This document shows positions 51,632 to 61,194 of a stretch of 64,000 nucleotides of DNA, piece by piece. The translations under genes were made by a program, and so were the position numbers. Below the pieces are notes generated by a model that saw only the letters and a program-made list of their open reading frames with translations, was not told where the DNA came from and searched no databases. Position 1 is the first letter of the stretch, and each line of letters begins with the position of its first letter. The DNA comes from an uncultured Verrucomicrobiota bacterium (GTDB lineage: Bacteria; Verrucomicrobiota; Kiritimatiellia; JAAZAB01), in assembly GCA_964630555.1 (NCBI GenBank), contig CAZVVD010000002.1, forward strand, positions 1,334-65,333, read 5' to 3'.

Positions 51632-53650
51632 GTGCGCAGATTATTTCCAATCCGGGCGGGCAAAAGTCCGGCAGTCGCCGGAGCGCGTTTTGGCCTGCGA
51701 GCCCCATGGACGCTGGTCGTACTGGGGCTGGCGTGTGCCGTCAGCTGCCCGGGGCTTGCCGGCGAGGAGCTCACCGGCGTTCAGCGGCGCGACCGGTTCC
51801 TCGAACAGCGCCGGCAGTACCGGGGAGAAATTCTCGCCAAGCGCGAATGCATGAACGCGGCCGAAGCGCTGGTCCTCATGCAGAACGGGCTGGAATCGAA
51901 CAAGGTCAGCGCGTTCGTCACTCACAGCCTGGCCAGCCGTCCCTACCGCTCGCTGGACACGCCGATCCTTTACCAGGTCCTGGTCCGGGGCCGGGGTCAG
52001 CTGGCCCCCGAAGCCGCCGGCGCCCTGCGCAAGCGGTTGGACGATCACTGGGGCACCAACCTGCCGATGTACGTCAGCCTGGAAACGCCGTTCGATCCCT
52101 GGGACTACAACTTCATCGACCCGCCGACCGAAAACTGCCTGCTCAACGACATCGTCAACCGCCTGCTGGATACCCTGGCCTCCCCGGAACGGGTTTATTC
52201 GGACGGCCATTCCGCGGCCGAGCACCGGGCGTACTGGGAGGATGCGTTTCGCCAGTTCGTGGCCGCGCGGATCACCCACGGGTTCCGCGAGTGGGATTCC
52301 ACCGTCTACCTGCATGTCATCGCCGAGGATGCCATGGCGGTCTACAACTGCCTGCCCGACGGCCCGACCCGCTCGGCGGCGGGCGTGTTCCTGGATGCCA
52401 TCCTGCTTAACGTCGCCCGCACCCTGCGGGGCAAGGTGTGGACGGGGCCCCATAACCGCGTCTATAACCATCCCGGTTATTGCATGCTCAACCTGACCCA
52501 GCACTCCTGGTTCTACTGCATGCGCTGGATTTTCGACACCGACTGGTCCGAGCTGACGCCCGGCGGCTTCCGGCCGAATGATCCCTTCAATGCGGGCCTG
52601 CTGGCCGGCGACTACGTGCCGCCGGCGGCCATCCTGGCCCTGCCGCACCGCGCCGATCGCTACGTGTCGCTCGAAAAAACCGGGCCGCGCCAGCATCCCC
52701 GCGGGATGGGACAGGGCGCGTTTTATCCCGACCGCAACAATGTCTGCCTTTGCCGGGAGGACCGGGAGGACCCGGGGGAGCTGGGCCTGATCTATAACTA
52801 TCTTGGGCCCAGGTTTGCCCTGGGCTCGGCGCAGAACTGGGGCCGCTACGGCGCCGAGTGGCACATGCACTGCATGCCCTGGAACCTGGTGGTGCGCCTG
52901 CCGTCGAACGACGGGATGATCCTCTCGTTCGCCGGGGGGCCGAAGGAAGGCGGCAGCATGGGCGGCTACATGACCTGGGGGCAGAGCGCGGACTGGACGG
53001 CCACGATTTTCCAGCATAAGACCGTCCTGTTTTCCCAGATCCGCGCGGCCGCGCAGGTCCATGTCATGCGGCCCCATCCCAGCGGGTTCCTGGAGCGGCC
53101 GTTCGGGCCCTACTGGGACCTGGCCGGCTTCCGCGAGCCCAAGGCGAAGCGGGCGACCCGCATTTACATTGCCCATAGCTTGGGGCCCCTGACCGAGGAA
53201 AAAGGGTGGGTGCTGGGCGAAACTAACGGCGTCTGCTTCGCGGTCCGGCCCGTGCGCGGCGGCTACAGCTACGAGCCCCAGCCGGACTGGATTCCCGGCC
53301 GGGTCCTGCTCTGCCAGGTCTGGGACGACGTGGTCCTGTTGGAGGTGCAGGAAACGGAGCAGGCCGGCGGTTTCCCGGAGTTCAAGAAGAGGATCCTGGC
53401 GGCGGAATTGCGGAGCGATCCAACCAACGTTGCTTACACCGCCCTCAGCGGCGATCGCTATGTTTTCCGCTGGAAAACCGATGGCCCGCCGAGGGTCAAC
53501 GACACAGTGCCCGACTACGGCGTTCAACGCTTCGACGACCCGTGGATCCGGGCCGAGGCCGGCGCGGGGCGGATCGTCGTCAGCGCGCCCGGGGCCCGCT
53601 GCGAATTGATCGCCACGAATACGATGAATATCCGGAGGATCGAGGAATAG
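51632..53650 (+). CDS. secreted hypothetical protein
   Basis: Long GC3-biased ORF; GTG start chosen just upstream of a signal-like segment WTLVVLGLACAVSCPGLAG; start uncertain. Confidence 0.5.
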   Translation: MRRLFPIRAGKSPAVAGARFGLRAPWTLVVLGLACAVSCPGLAGEELTGVQRRDRFLEQRRQYRGEILAKRECMNAAEALVLMQNGLESNKVSAFVTHSLASRPYRSLDTPILYQVLVRGRGQLAPEAAGALRKRLDDHWGTNLPMYVSLETPFDPWDYNFIDPPTENCLLNDIVNRLLDTLASPERVYSDGHSAAEHRAYWEDAFRQFVAARITHGFREWDSTVYLHVIAEDAMAVYNCLPDGPTRSAAGVFLDAILLNVARTLRGKVWTGPHNRVYNHPGYCMLNLTQHSWFYCMRWIFDTDWSELTPGGFRPNDPFNAGLLAGDYVPPAAILALPHRADRYVSLEKTGPRQHPRGMGQGAFYPDRNNVCLCREDREDPGELGLIYNYLGPRFALGSAQNWGRYGAEWHMHCMPWNLVVRLPSNDGMILSFAGGPKEGGSMGGYMTWGQSADWTATIFQHKTVLFSQIRAAAQVHVMRPHPSGFLERPFGPYWDLAGFREPKAKRATRIYIAHSLGPLTEEKGWVLGETNGVCFAVRPVRGGYSYEPQPDWIPGRVLLCQVWDDVVLLEVQETEQAGGFPEFKKRILAAELRSDPTNVAYTALSGDRYVFRWKTDGPPRVNDTVPDYGVQRFDDPWIRAEAGAGRIVVSAPGARCELIATNTMNIRRIEE

Positions 53651-53680
53651 CGGAGACGGGTCGGACACGGGCGGACACGG

Positions 53681-54781
53681 ATGAACACGGACACGGGCAA
53701 CTCAGCAGAATTGATTCGGGCCCTCACCCTGCCGGCCCCAATCCGCGCCCATCCGCGCCCATCCGCGGCGCTTCTGCCGGCCTGCCTCTGGCTTCTCTGC
53801 GCGGGCCTGGCCGCCGGACAGGGCAGCAACAGCGCGCCGGCGCCGGTGAGCCGGTCCGTGACAACGTTGTACCCGGTCCTGGTCAGCAACCAATGGGGCT
53901 ACATAAATCGCGCCGGCAAGGTGGTCATCCCCCCGCAGTTCGCCACCGGCTTCGGGTTTTCCGAGGGACTGAGCCCGACGCGCAAGGGGGGCACGGTGGG
54001 CTATATCGACACCAACGGCGCGTTCGTCATCAAGCCGCAGTTCGTGGCCGGCCTGCAGTTCCAGGAGGGGCTGGCCGCGGTGCGGGTCGGCCGGAAATGG
54101 GGCTTCATCGACCGGCAGGGACGAATGGCGATCCCCCTGCAGTTCGACCGACCCGGCAATTTTTCGGAGGGCTTGGCGCCGGTGGGCGTGGATTTCAAGT
54201 GGGGCTATGTGGATACGAACGGCGGATTCGTGGTGCCGCCCCGCCTCGAGGAGGTCCGGGAGTTTGCCGACGGCCTGGCGCCGGCCCGCGAGGCCGGACA
54301 GTGGGGCTACCTGGATCGCCAGGGGGGGTGGGTGTTGCCGCCGCAATACGAGGATGGCCGGCCGTTTGCGGAAGGGCTGGCGGCCGTAAAACGCGCCGGC
54401 AAATACGGCTTTATCGATCGAACCGGGAACATCGTTATCCCGCCGAAATTCGACCTGGTGTACGAGTTCAGCGAGGGCCTGGCGCCGGCCCGGGTGGAAG
54501 ACGGCGGCAAGTGGGGCTATATCGACCGCGCCGGCCGGTGGGTCATCCAGCCGCAGTTCGACTGGGCCTTCGGCTTCAGCGAAGGCCGGGCCGCGGTGGA
54601 CATCGGACTGTTCTTCGGCTATATTGACCGCCAGGGGAAATATGTCACCAAGGTCGAGTGGGATTGCGCCGAGCCGTTCGACGGCGGGCTCGGGCTGGTG
54701 GGGTATTTTGAGCGGCGGGTTTGGCCCGCCTACGGCTATGTGGATTGCGACGGGAAGTATGTCTGGCCGCTGTCGCGCTGA
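53681..54781 (+). CDS. WG-repeat (KWG) containing secreted protein
   Basis: Approximately 8 tandem repeats of WGYIDxxGxxVIPPQFDxAxxFSEGLAxV; signal peptide after an unusual N-terminal extension; start uncertain. Confidence 0.7.
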   Translation: MNTDTGNSAELIRALTLPAPIRAHPRPSAALLPACLWLLCAGLAAGQGSNSAPAPVSRSVTTLYPVLVSNQWGYINRAGKVVIPPQFATGFGFSEGLSPTRKGGTVGYIDTNGAFVIKPQFVAGLQFQEGLAAVRVGRKWGFIDRQGRMAIPLQFDRPGNFSEGLAPVGVDFKWGYVDTNGGFVVPPRLEEVREFADGLAPAREAGQWGYLDRQGGWVLPPQYEDGRPFAEGLAAVKRAGKYGFIDRTGNIVIPPKFDLVYEFSEGLAPARVEDGGKWGYIDRAGRWVIQPQFDWAFGFSEGRAAVDIGLFFGYIDRQGKYVTKVEWDCAEPFDGGLGLVGYFERRVWPAYGYVDCDGKYVWPLSR

Positions 54782-54813
54782 GCGCTAATGCCTATTGTCT
54801 GGGGCTGACCTGA

Positions 54814-56592
54814 TTGGATGCGTGCCTGTACAGTTTTATACCCTCCGTTCTGGCCGGGAACTACGACCGGCTCGTGGCCGCCTGCCGGGCCCAGGGGATT
54901 GCGCGGGTCGGGCTGCTGGTTTCCGTGACCGGCAAGCTCACCGCCAACCTGGCCGAGCTGCGCGCCCTCAAGGCGCGGCTGGAGGCCGACGGCCTGGGCG
55001 TGTGGGCCGAGGTGTTCGCGGTGGGGCACCCGGCCATCGAGCGCGTCTATGCCCAGTACGGCGATCGGGCAGATGAGCCGATGTTCTATGATGGCGGCGA
55101 GGTCGCCAGCGGCGCGCGGGGATCGCTCCTGCCGCGCGGCTGGCACTATGCCCGCAACGAGTTCGGCAAGCCGGTCTACAACGTCGCCTGCCCGGACGAG
55201 TCCTGGCTGGCGGCGAACCGGAAGATCGCGCGCGACCTGGCCGGCGTGTTCGGGGAAATCTGGTACGACGACGAATTCCGGATGGACGGCGACATGGGGG
55301 GCGGCGCGCCCCACCGCAGCACGGCGGTGTGCTATTGCGACCGCTGCATGCAGGAGCTCTCCGGACGGGCCGGCCGGCCGGTCCGCCCGGCCGACGTGCT
55401 GGCCAGCCAGGAGCTTCATGACCTCTGGACGCGGATGAAGACCGACCGGCTCTCCCGGGCCTGGCAGGCCTTGGCCGGCGCCGCGCGCGAGGCCCGGCCG
55501 GATGTGGTCCTCGGGCTCATGGTCCGCTGGGGCGGGGAGGAGCGGGATGGGCTGGACATCGGCCGGCTGCTGCCCGCCTTCGGCGGCGCGGTGAACCTGC
55601 GCCTGGGCGAAGGCCATTTTTGCCGGCACGAGTACGGGCCGCCGCAGGGCCAGGTGATGGAATACCTGGCCGCAACCTACCACGCCGGCTGGTTCCCGCG
55701 CGAGGTGCCGCTGCTGACGGAGACGACCTACTGCGATCCCCTGCCTCCCGAATGGATCCTGAAGAAGGTTGTGCTCGGCCTGGCCGCCGGCGCCTCGGTC
55801 GTCGCCTATTGCCCCTGCGTCAAGGAACATGTCGAATACCAGGACTTCATCCGCGATCGGCTGGCCGACCTGCGGGCCTGGTCCGACGCCCTGGGGGACA
55901 AGGCGGCCTTGCACCGGCCGATCCATATCCTGCGGTCGCTCTCCGCGGCGCGGGGGGACAAGGACCCCCTCCGTCGCTCGCTCGATCGCCAGTATTTCCC
56001 CCTCTTCAACCTGGCGGGCCTCTGCGCCGTCGTGGTCCGCCGGGGCGGGTGGTGCGACGACGGCGCCTCGGAGGTCGTGGCCGTCACCGGGCGGACCGCG
56101 CTGGATGTCCGGCTCGACGAGTTCACGGGCCGCCAAGTTGTTGTGGACGGGGAGGCCCTGCTGGAGGCCTGCCCGTTCCTGGCGGATATCGGGGTGAGCG
56201 GCGCGGCGGCGGGCGCCGGCGGGCGGGTGACGTTTTCCGGCGCGTATACCGGCGACGGCCTGCTCTATCGCCGGGAGAATATCATTCTCATCCCTTACCT
56301 CTGGCGCGAAGTGTCCCCCGGCCTCATGCCGGAACTGCTGGCCGACATTCGGCGCGTCGTCGGGGCGGGGGTGGCGTCGGCGGTCGTCGAGGGCGGCCTC
56401 GAGGTGATGCCGGTTCATTTCCGTAAATCCGCGCGCGACATCATCCTGCTGGTCAACCTGCGCCACGAGGCCCGCGAGATCGAACTTCGTCTGCCGCCCG
56501 GGCGCGGCCGGCTGCAGACGCTTGCCGGCGCGGCCCTGTCCCCGCGGTTGCGCCTGGAGGCGGACGAGATCCGTCTTCTGGCGGCGGTCTAA
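54814..56592 (+). CDS. hypothetical protein (possible TIM-barrel glycoside-hydrolase-like)
   Basis: ORF with TTG start per ORF track; coding bias consistent; no family recognised. Confidence 0.5.
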   Translation: MDACLYSFIPSVLAGNYDRLVAACRAQGIARVGLLVSVTGKLTANLAELRALKARLEADGLGVWAEVFAVGHPAIERVYAQYGDRADEPMFYDGGEVASGARGSLLPRGWHYARNEFGKPVYNVACPDESWLAANRKIARDLAGVFGEIWYDDEFRMDGDMGGGAPHRSTAVCYCDRCMQELSGRAGRPVRPADVLASQELHDLWTRMKTDRLSRAWQALAGAAREARPDVVLGLMVRWGGEERDGLDIGRLLPAFGGAVNLRLGEGHFCRHEYGPPQGQVMEYLAATYHAGWFPREVPLLTETTYCDPLPPEWILKKVVLGLAAGASVVAYCPCVKEHVEYQDFIRDRLADLRAWSDALGDKAALHRPIHILRSLSAARGDKDPLRRSLDRQYFPLFNLAGLCAVVVRRGGWCDDGASEVVAVTGRTALDVRLDEFTGRQVVVDGEALLEACPFLADIGVSGAAAGAGGRVTFSGAYTGDGLLYRRENIILIPYLWREVSPGLMPELLADIRRVVGAGVASAVVEGGLEVMPVHFRKSARDIILLVNLRHEAREIELRLPPGRGRLQTLAGAALSPRLRLEADEIRLLAAV

Positions 56593-56729
56593 CGGGACTG
56601 CGCCGGGCGGGAGGGGATGGCGGAATATTCCTTTCCGGTTCCGGCCGACTTGACGCCGGAGGGGGAGGGGCGTAGGCTTGCGGTGCAGGTCGGATCTCAG
56701 CGGGGGCGCTGGAACGGAAGGTGGCGGGG

Positions 56730-57191
56730 ATGAAACGGAATCCAATCCTGTGGATCGGGATCGCTGCCGGTATGCTGGCGTGCGTCCTGCCCAGCCGCGG
56801 CGGAGAGCCGGCGGCGTCGCCGTCGCCGGCCAAGGATGCGGCGGCCTTCCAGGCCGCGGACACCAACGCCGATGGCAAGGTCACCTGCGCCGAAATGACC
56901 GCGGCCGCCTGCCGGGAGGCTTTTGCCCGGATCGACCGAAACGGCGACAAGGCCGTCACCCCCGAGGAGTGGGCCGCGGCAGACAAGCGGCCGGGCGCGC
57001 GCGAGCGCTTCGACGCCATCGACCGGAACAAGGACGCCCAGATCACGTTCCTCGAGTTTTCGGAGACCGCCCGCAAGGCGGCCGATCACGACAGGGCTTT
57101 CACAGTGCTGGATAAGAACGCGGACGGAACCCTGTCCCGGGACGAGTATTCGGGGCATCCGCACTTCAAGCTGTTTTCGATTCAGTTCTAA
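56730..57191 (+). CDS. secreted EF-hand calcium-binding protein
   Basis: Signal peptide; four EF-hand loops (DTNADGKVT, DRNGDKAVT, DRNKDAQIT, DKNADGTLS). Confidence 0.7.
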   Translation: MKRNPILWIGIAAGMLACVLPSRGGEPAASPSPAKDAAAFQAADTNADGKVTCAEMTAAACREAFARIDRNGDKAVTPEEWAAADKRPGARERFDAIDRNKDAQITFLEFSETARKAADHDRAFTVLDKNADGTLSRDEYSGHPHFKLFSIQF

Positions 57192-57237
57192 CGGGGCGGC
57201 CCGCCGCGGAGTTTGGGCATCGCCGCAGCGATGCCCA

Positions 57238-57313
57238 TCACGTCTCTGGCGCAATGTGTTGCGCCAGAGTGACCTATTAACAACTTGAAAAGTTGATGAA
57301 TAGGTCAGGCTAG
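57238..57313. repeat. 76-bp double-hairpin element, copy 2
   Basis: Same sequence as 49161-49237 with 2 differences (one C deletion, one C>T); preceded by a terminator-like hairpin GGGCATCGC-C-GCAGCGATGCCC. Confidence 0.55.
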
Positions 57314-57338
57314 AGACCGACCGCCCGCGGGCCGGCTG

Positions 57339-58187
57339 TCATGAACAGGCCGCGCCGGCGACGGGCCGGGCGCCGGGGCCGGGGACCACCAGCACCGAGC
57401 AGAGCGACGTGTCAATCAGCTCCTCGGCGAAGCTGCCCTTGAAGATGTGCTTGAGGATGCTTTCCTCCGGCTGGCCGGTGATGATCATGTCCGCGTTGCG
57501 CTCCTTGGCCAGGCGCGACAAATCCTCGGCCGCGTTGGCCGAGAGGATCACAGTGTCCAGGGCCACGCCCGCCTTTCCGGCCGATTCCCGCAGCCGGGCG
57601 GCGACGGTCTCGGCTGCTTCCTTCCGGGGCGGCTTGATTGCCGCCGTCACCCGGCTGCCTTCGACCTTGGCGATCTTGAGCGCTTCCGCCAGGGCGGCGT
57701 CAGAAGAGCGGTCGCCGTTGACGGCGAGGATGAGGTTGTCCCAGTCGATTAGCGCCGCCAGCGGCACGACCAGCACCGGGCAGGGAGCGTAGAACAGGAG
57801 CTGCGAGGTCAGGCTCTGGAACAAGACGCGCTTCATGAAGCTGGACTCCCGGCGCCCGATCATGATCAGGTCGGCGCCGCGGCCCAGGGCCTCGTCCAGG
57901 ATGGTGCGGTAGAACAGCTCTCCCTGGCGGACGATCGTCTCGAACTTGAGGACGCCGTCCCCGGCGGCCAGGCCCTTGAAGGTGTCCAGGAATTTGCGGG
58001 TGGATTCCTGCAGCTGCTGGGTGATGACCACGGACGAGCCGCCCAGCGGGTCAATGGCCACGATGCGGTTGAGAACGTGCAGGAGGTAAATCTCGCTCCC
58101 GTATTTCCGGGCCAATTCCCCGGCCTCGAGGATGGCGGACGAACTGTGCGAGGTACCGTCGGTGGCGATCAGGATTTTTTTATACAT
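57339..58187 (-). CDS. universal stress protein, tandem UspA domains
   Basis: Two USP domains, each with the ATP-binding G-x2-G-x9-G(S/T) region (LVVPLAA..., VLVVPGP). Confidence 0.8.
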   Translation of the reverse strand: MYKKILIATDGTSHSSSAILEAGELARKYGSEIYLLHVLNRIVAIDPLGGSSVVITQQLQESTRKFLDTFKGLAAGDGVLKFETIVRQGELFYRTILDEALGRGADLIMIGRRESSFMKRVLFQSLTSQLLFYAPCPVLVVPLAALIDWDNLILAVNGDRSSDAALAEALKIAKVEGSRVTAAIKPPRKEAAETVAARLRESAGKAGVALDTVILSANAAEDLSRLAKERNADMIITGQPEESILKHIFKGSFAEELIDTSLCSVLVVPGPGARPVAGAACS

Positions 58188-58337
58188 ATGCGCACGCTCC
58201 CGGAGTTGGCTTGCCCGGCCCATAGTCTATGCGGTCGGCGGCCTCCTGACAAACGATTTTATCGTTGAACCGCGCGGCGGGCCTGCTACCATCGGAAGCG
58301 GCATTCCAGTTGGGTGCAATTCGGAATAAAGGATACC

Positions 58338-58928
58338 ATGAAAGCACGCCGCGCCTGCGTTCACCGCCAGACCCGCGAAACCCGGATCCGCGTCCGCCTC
58401 GACCTGGACGGCGCCGGCCGGACCAAGATCGCCTCGGGCGTCGCCTTCCTGGATCACATGCTGGAACTCCTCGCCCGGCACGCCCTCGTGGATCTGACCC
58501 TGCAGGCGCAGGGCGACCTGGCGGTGGACGATCACCACACAGTCGAGGATGTCGGCCTCGCCCTGGGAATGGCCTTCGACAAGGCGCTCGGCGCCCGCCG
58601 GGGCATCGTCCGGTACGGGTTTGCCTTTGTGCCGATGGACGAGGCTCTCAGCCGGGTGGCGGTGGACCTGGGCGGCCGGCCTTACCTCGACTACCGGGTG
58701 ACCGTGCGCCGCCGGAAAATCCGAAATTTCGACGCCGGCCTGATCCGGGAGTTTTTGCGCGCGTTCTGCGTCCAGGCCCGGATGAACCTGCACGTAGCCC
58801 AGCTCTACGGCGATGACCCGCACCACGCCTTCGAGTCGGTCTTCAAGGGGTTGGCCCGCGCCCTGCGCATGGCCGTGGCCCGCGATCCCCGCGAGCCGGG
58901 CATTCCTTCCAGCAAGGGACGCTTGTAA
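58338..58928 (+). CDS. hisB: imidazoleglycerol-phosphate dehydratase
   Basis: TRETRIRVRLDLDG...FLDHMLE...DDHHTVEDVGLALG signature. Confidence 0.9.
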   Translation: MKARRACVHRQTRETRIRVRLDLDGAGRTKIASGVAFLDHMLELLARHALVDLTLQAQGDLAVDDHHTVEDVGLALGMAFDKALGARRGIVRYGFAFVPMDEALSRVAVDLGGRPYLDYRVTVRRRKIRNFDAGLIREFLRAFCVQARMNLHVAQLYGDDPHHAFESVFKGLARALRMAVARDPREPGIPSSKGRL

Positions 58929-58930
58929 TC

Positions 58931-59671
58931 ATGTTCACGGTCATCCCGGCGGTGGATATCAGGGGCGGCCGCTGCGTCCGGCTCCGCCAGGGGCTGGCCG
59001 CGGAGGAAACGGTCTATGCCGACGATCCCGTCCAGGCGGCCCGGGAATGGGAGCGGCAGGGCGCGGCCTGGCTGCATGTCGTGGACCTCGACGGCGCCTT
59101 CGCCGGTCGGCCGGTGAACGCGGACTTAATCGGGCGGCTGATCCGCTCCGTTTCCATTCCCGTCGAGGTGGGCGGGGGGCTGCGCACCGATGCCGACCTC
59201 CGGCGCCTGCTGGACCTCGGCGCCGCCCGGGTGATCCTGGGGACGCGCGCCTGCCGGGATGCCGACGCGCTCGGGCCCCTGGCCGCCCGGTTCGGGGACC
59301 AGCTGGCTGTGGGGATCGACGCCCGCGCCGGCCGGGTGCAGGTCCAGGGTTGGACCGAAACCCTGGGGCTGGAGGCGCTGGAGTTCGCCGCGCGCCTGGA
59401 CCGGGCGGGCGTCCGGACCCTGGTGGTCACGGACACGGCGACGGACGGGATGCTGCAGGGGCCAAACCTGAAGGCCATCGCCGCGATCTGCGGGCAAGTG
59501 TCCTGCGCGGTGATCGCCTCCGGCGGCGTGTCAACGGCGGACGACGTCGCGGCCCTCTGCCGTCTCAAGCGGCCGAACCTGAAGGGCGCCATCGTGGGCA
59601 AGGCGCTTTATGACAGCAAGGTCACGCTGCAGGCCCTGCAGGCGGCGAGCGCCCAGGGCGCCCCAGGATGA
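58931..59671 (+). CDS. hisA: 1-(5-phosphoribosyl)-5-[(5-phosphoribosylamino)methylideneamino]imidazole-4-carboxamide isomerase
   Basis: MFTVIPAVDIRGGRCVRLRQG N-terminus, (beta-alpha)8 HisA family; starts 3 nt after hisB. Confidence 0.9.
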   Translation: MFTVIPAVDIRGGRCVRLRQGLAAEETVYADDPVQAAREWERQGAAWLHVVDLDGAFAGRPVNADLIGRLIRSVSIPVEVGGGLRTDADLRRLLDLGAARVILGTRACRDADALGPLAARFGDQLAVGIDARAGRVQVQGWTETLGLEALEFAARLDRAGVRTLVVTDTATDGMLQGPNLKAIAAICGQVSCAVIASGGVSTADDVAALCRLKRPNLKGAIVGKALYDSKVTLQALQAASAQGAPG

Positions 59672-59735
59672 TTAGGGTTCAGGGTTCGGGGTTCAGACAG
59701 GAGACCCCCGCGACCTTGTGTCGCGGGTGCAAGAG

Positions 59736-59768
59736 ATTGGCTTGAAAGCACGCTTTTCAAGCCAATCT
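59736..59768. terminator. hairpin GATTGGCTTGAAA-GCACGCT-TTTCAAGCCAATC followed by TTTCG
   Basis: 13-bp perfect stem read directly. Flanked by two further 8-bp-stem hairpins (59707-59728, 59775-59795) after the hisA stop. Confidence 0.45.
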
Positions 59769-59868
59769 TTCGCCCCTGCCGCACAAGGCGGCAGGAGGCG
59801 TAAGTCAATTTATTTATGATCGATATTTTCTGCCTGAACCCTAAACACTATTTGACAGGCTTCCTACC

Positions 59869-61155
59869 ATGCTGATGAACGTCAAGGAAACGGTCCTGCC
59901 GAACGGCCTGCGGGTGGTCAGTTCGGCCCTGCCGTCGGCCGAGAGCGTCGCCCTGGGCATCTGGGTCGGGGCCGGCGGGCGCCACGAGGGGCCGGGCGCT
60001 TCCGGCGCCAGCCATTTCATCGAGCACCTGCTGTTCAAGGGCACCGCGCGGCTGTCGGCGCGGGACATCTCCCAGGCCATCGAGGGGCGCGGCGGCTGGT
60101 GCAACGCCTTCACCCAGGAGGAGATGACCGCCTACGTGGCCGGGATCGCCTGTGAGCATGCCTGGGACGCCTTCGGCATCCTGGCCGAGATGTACCTGCG
60201 TCCCCGGCTGGCGGAAACGGACATCGAGAAGGAGCGCCGGGTGATCATCGAGGAGATCATGATGTACCGCGACCGGCCCGACCAGGTGGTCCAGGAGATG
60301 CTGGGCGGGCTCCTCTGGCGGGGCCACCCGCTGGGCCTTCCGCTGACCGGCACGCCCGAGTCCCTGCGCCGCCTGACCCGGGACCGGCTCCTGGCCTACA
60401 AGCGCCGGACCTACGTGCCCCGGAACACGGTCCTGGCTTTTGCCGGCCGCGTGGTCCACGACGCCTGCGTGGAACGCGCAGCCGCGGCCCTGCGGGGGCT
60501 GGAGGACCTGCCGGAGCCGGCCTGCCGGCCGGTGGTCCCGGCGGTGGCCCAGGGGCGGGTGGCCTGGCAAGGCAAGGAGATCGAGCAGGCCCAGCTGGCC
60601 CTGGGGTTCAGGATTTTCGGGCGCTTTGACGCGCGGCGCTACGCCCTGAAGGTGCTCAACGTCATTCTGGGCGAAAACATGAGCTCGCGCCTGTTTCAGG
60701 CGGTGCGCGAGCGGCAGGGCTTGGCGTACTCGATCCACTCGTCGGTCCAGTTGTTCGCGGAAACCGGCGTGTTGGCCGTCAGCGCCGGGCTGGACCGTTC
60801 CCGGCGGGAGCGGGCGCTGGCGTTGATCCTGCGGGAGCTGGGACGCCTGAAACGCGAACCGGTTGGCGCCCGCGAGCTGGCCCGCGCCAAGGAGTACGTG
60901 GTCGGGAACCTGCGCCTGGGCCTGGAAGGATCCTTCGGCCACCTGTCCTGGATGGGGGACCACCTGTTGCGCTACCGGGCCTGCCCCCTGCCGGAGGATG
61001 TCATCCGCGCGGTGCAGGGCGTCGGGGCCGGGGAGGTGCGCGCCGTGGCCGGCGAGGTGTTTGGCGGCCGCCGGGCCAGCTTGGCCCTGCTGGCGCCCGG
61101 CTTGCGCGCGCCGGACGGCGCGCGCCTGAAGGAGATGCTGAAAGAGCTGGGGTGA
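59869..61155 (+). CDS. M16 family zinc peptidase (insulinase/pitrilysin-like)
   Basis: Inverted zinc motif HFIEHLLFKG (HxxEH) plus downstream Glu; two-domain M16 layout. Confidence 0.85.
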   Translation: MLMNVKETVLPNGLRVVSSALPSAESVALGIWVGAGGRHEGPGASGASHFIEHLLFKGTARLSARDISQAIEGRGGWCNAFTQEEMTAYVAGIACEHAWDAFGILAEMYLRPRLAETDIEKERRVIIEEIMMYRDRPDQVVQEMLGGLLWRGHPLGLPLTGTPESLRRLTRDRLLAYKRRTYVPRNTVLAFAGRVVHDACVERAAAALRGLEDLPEPACRPVVPAVAQGRVAWQGKEIEQAQLALGFRIFGRFDARRYALKVLNVILGENMSSRLFQAVRERQGLAYSIHSSVQLFAETGVLAVSAGLDRSRRERALALILRELGRLKREPVGARELARAKEYVVGNLRLGLEGSFGHLSWMGDHLLRYRACPLPEDVIRAVQGVGAGEVRAVAGEVFGGRRASLALLAPGLRAPDGARLKEMLKELG

Positions 61156-61194
61156 GGTCCAAGACAGGCCGGCGCTACAACGGAGATGACATCC

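Noticed and set aside
49328-59671. Dispersed his genes (hisC at 49328, hisB-hisA at 58338-59671) as something unusual
   Set aside because: Scattered his genes are common outside Enterobacteria. Nothing else points to a special arrangement.
59672-59696. Telomere-like TTAGGGTTCAGGGTTCGGGGTTCAG after hisA
   Set aside because: This is a bacterial chromosome context. The resemblance to TTAGGG repeats is coincidental. It is better explained as one arm of an inverted repeat bracketing the hairpin spacer.
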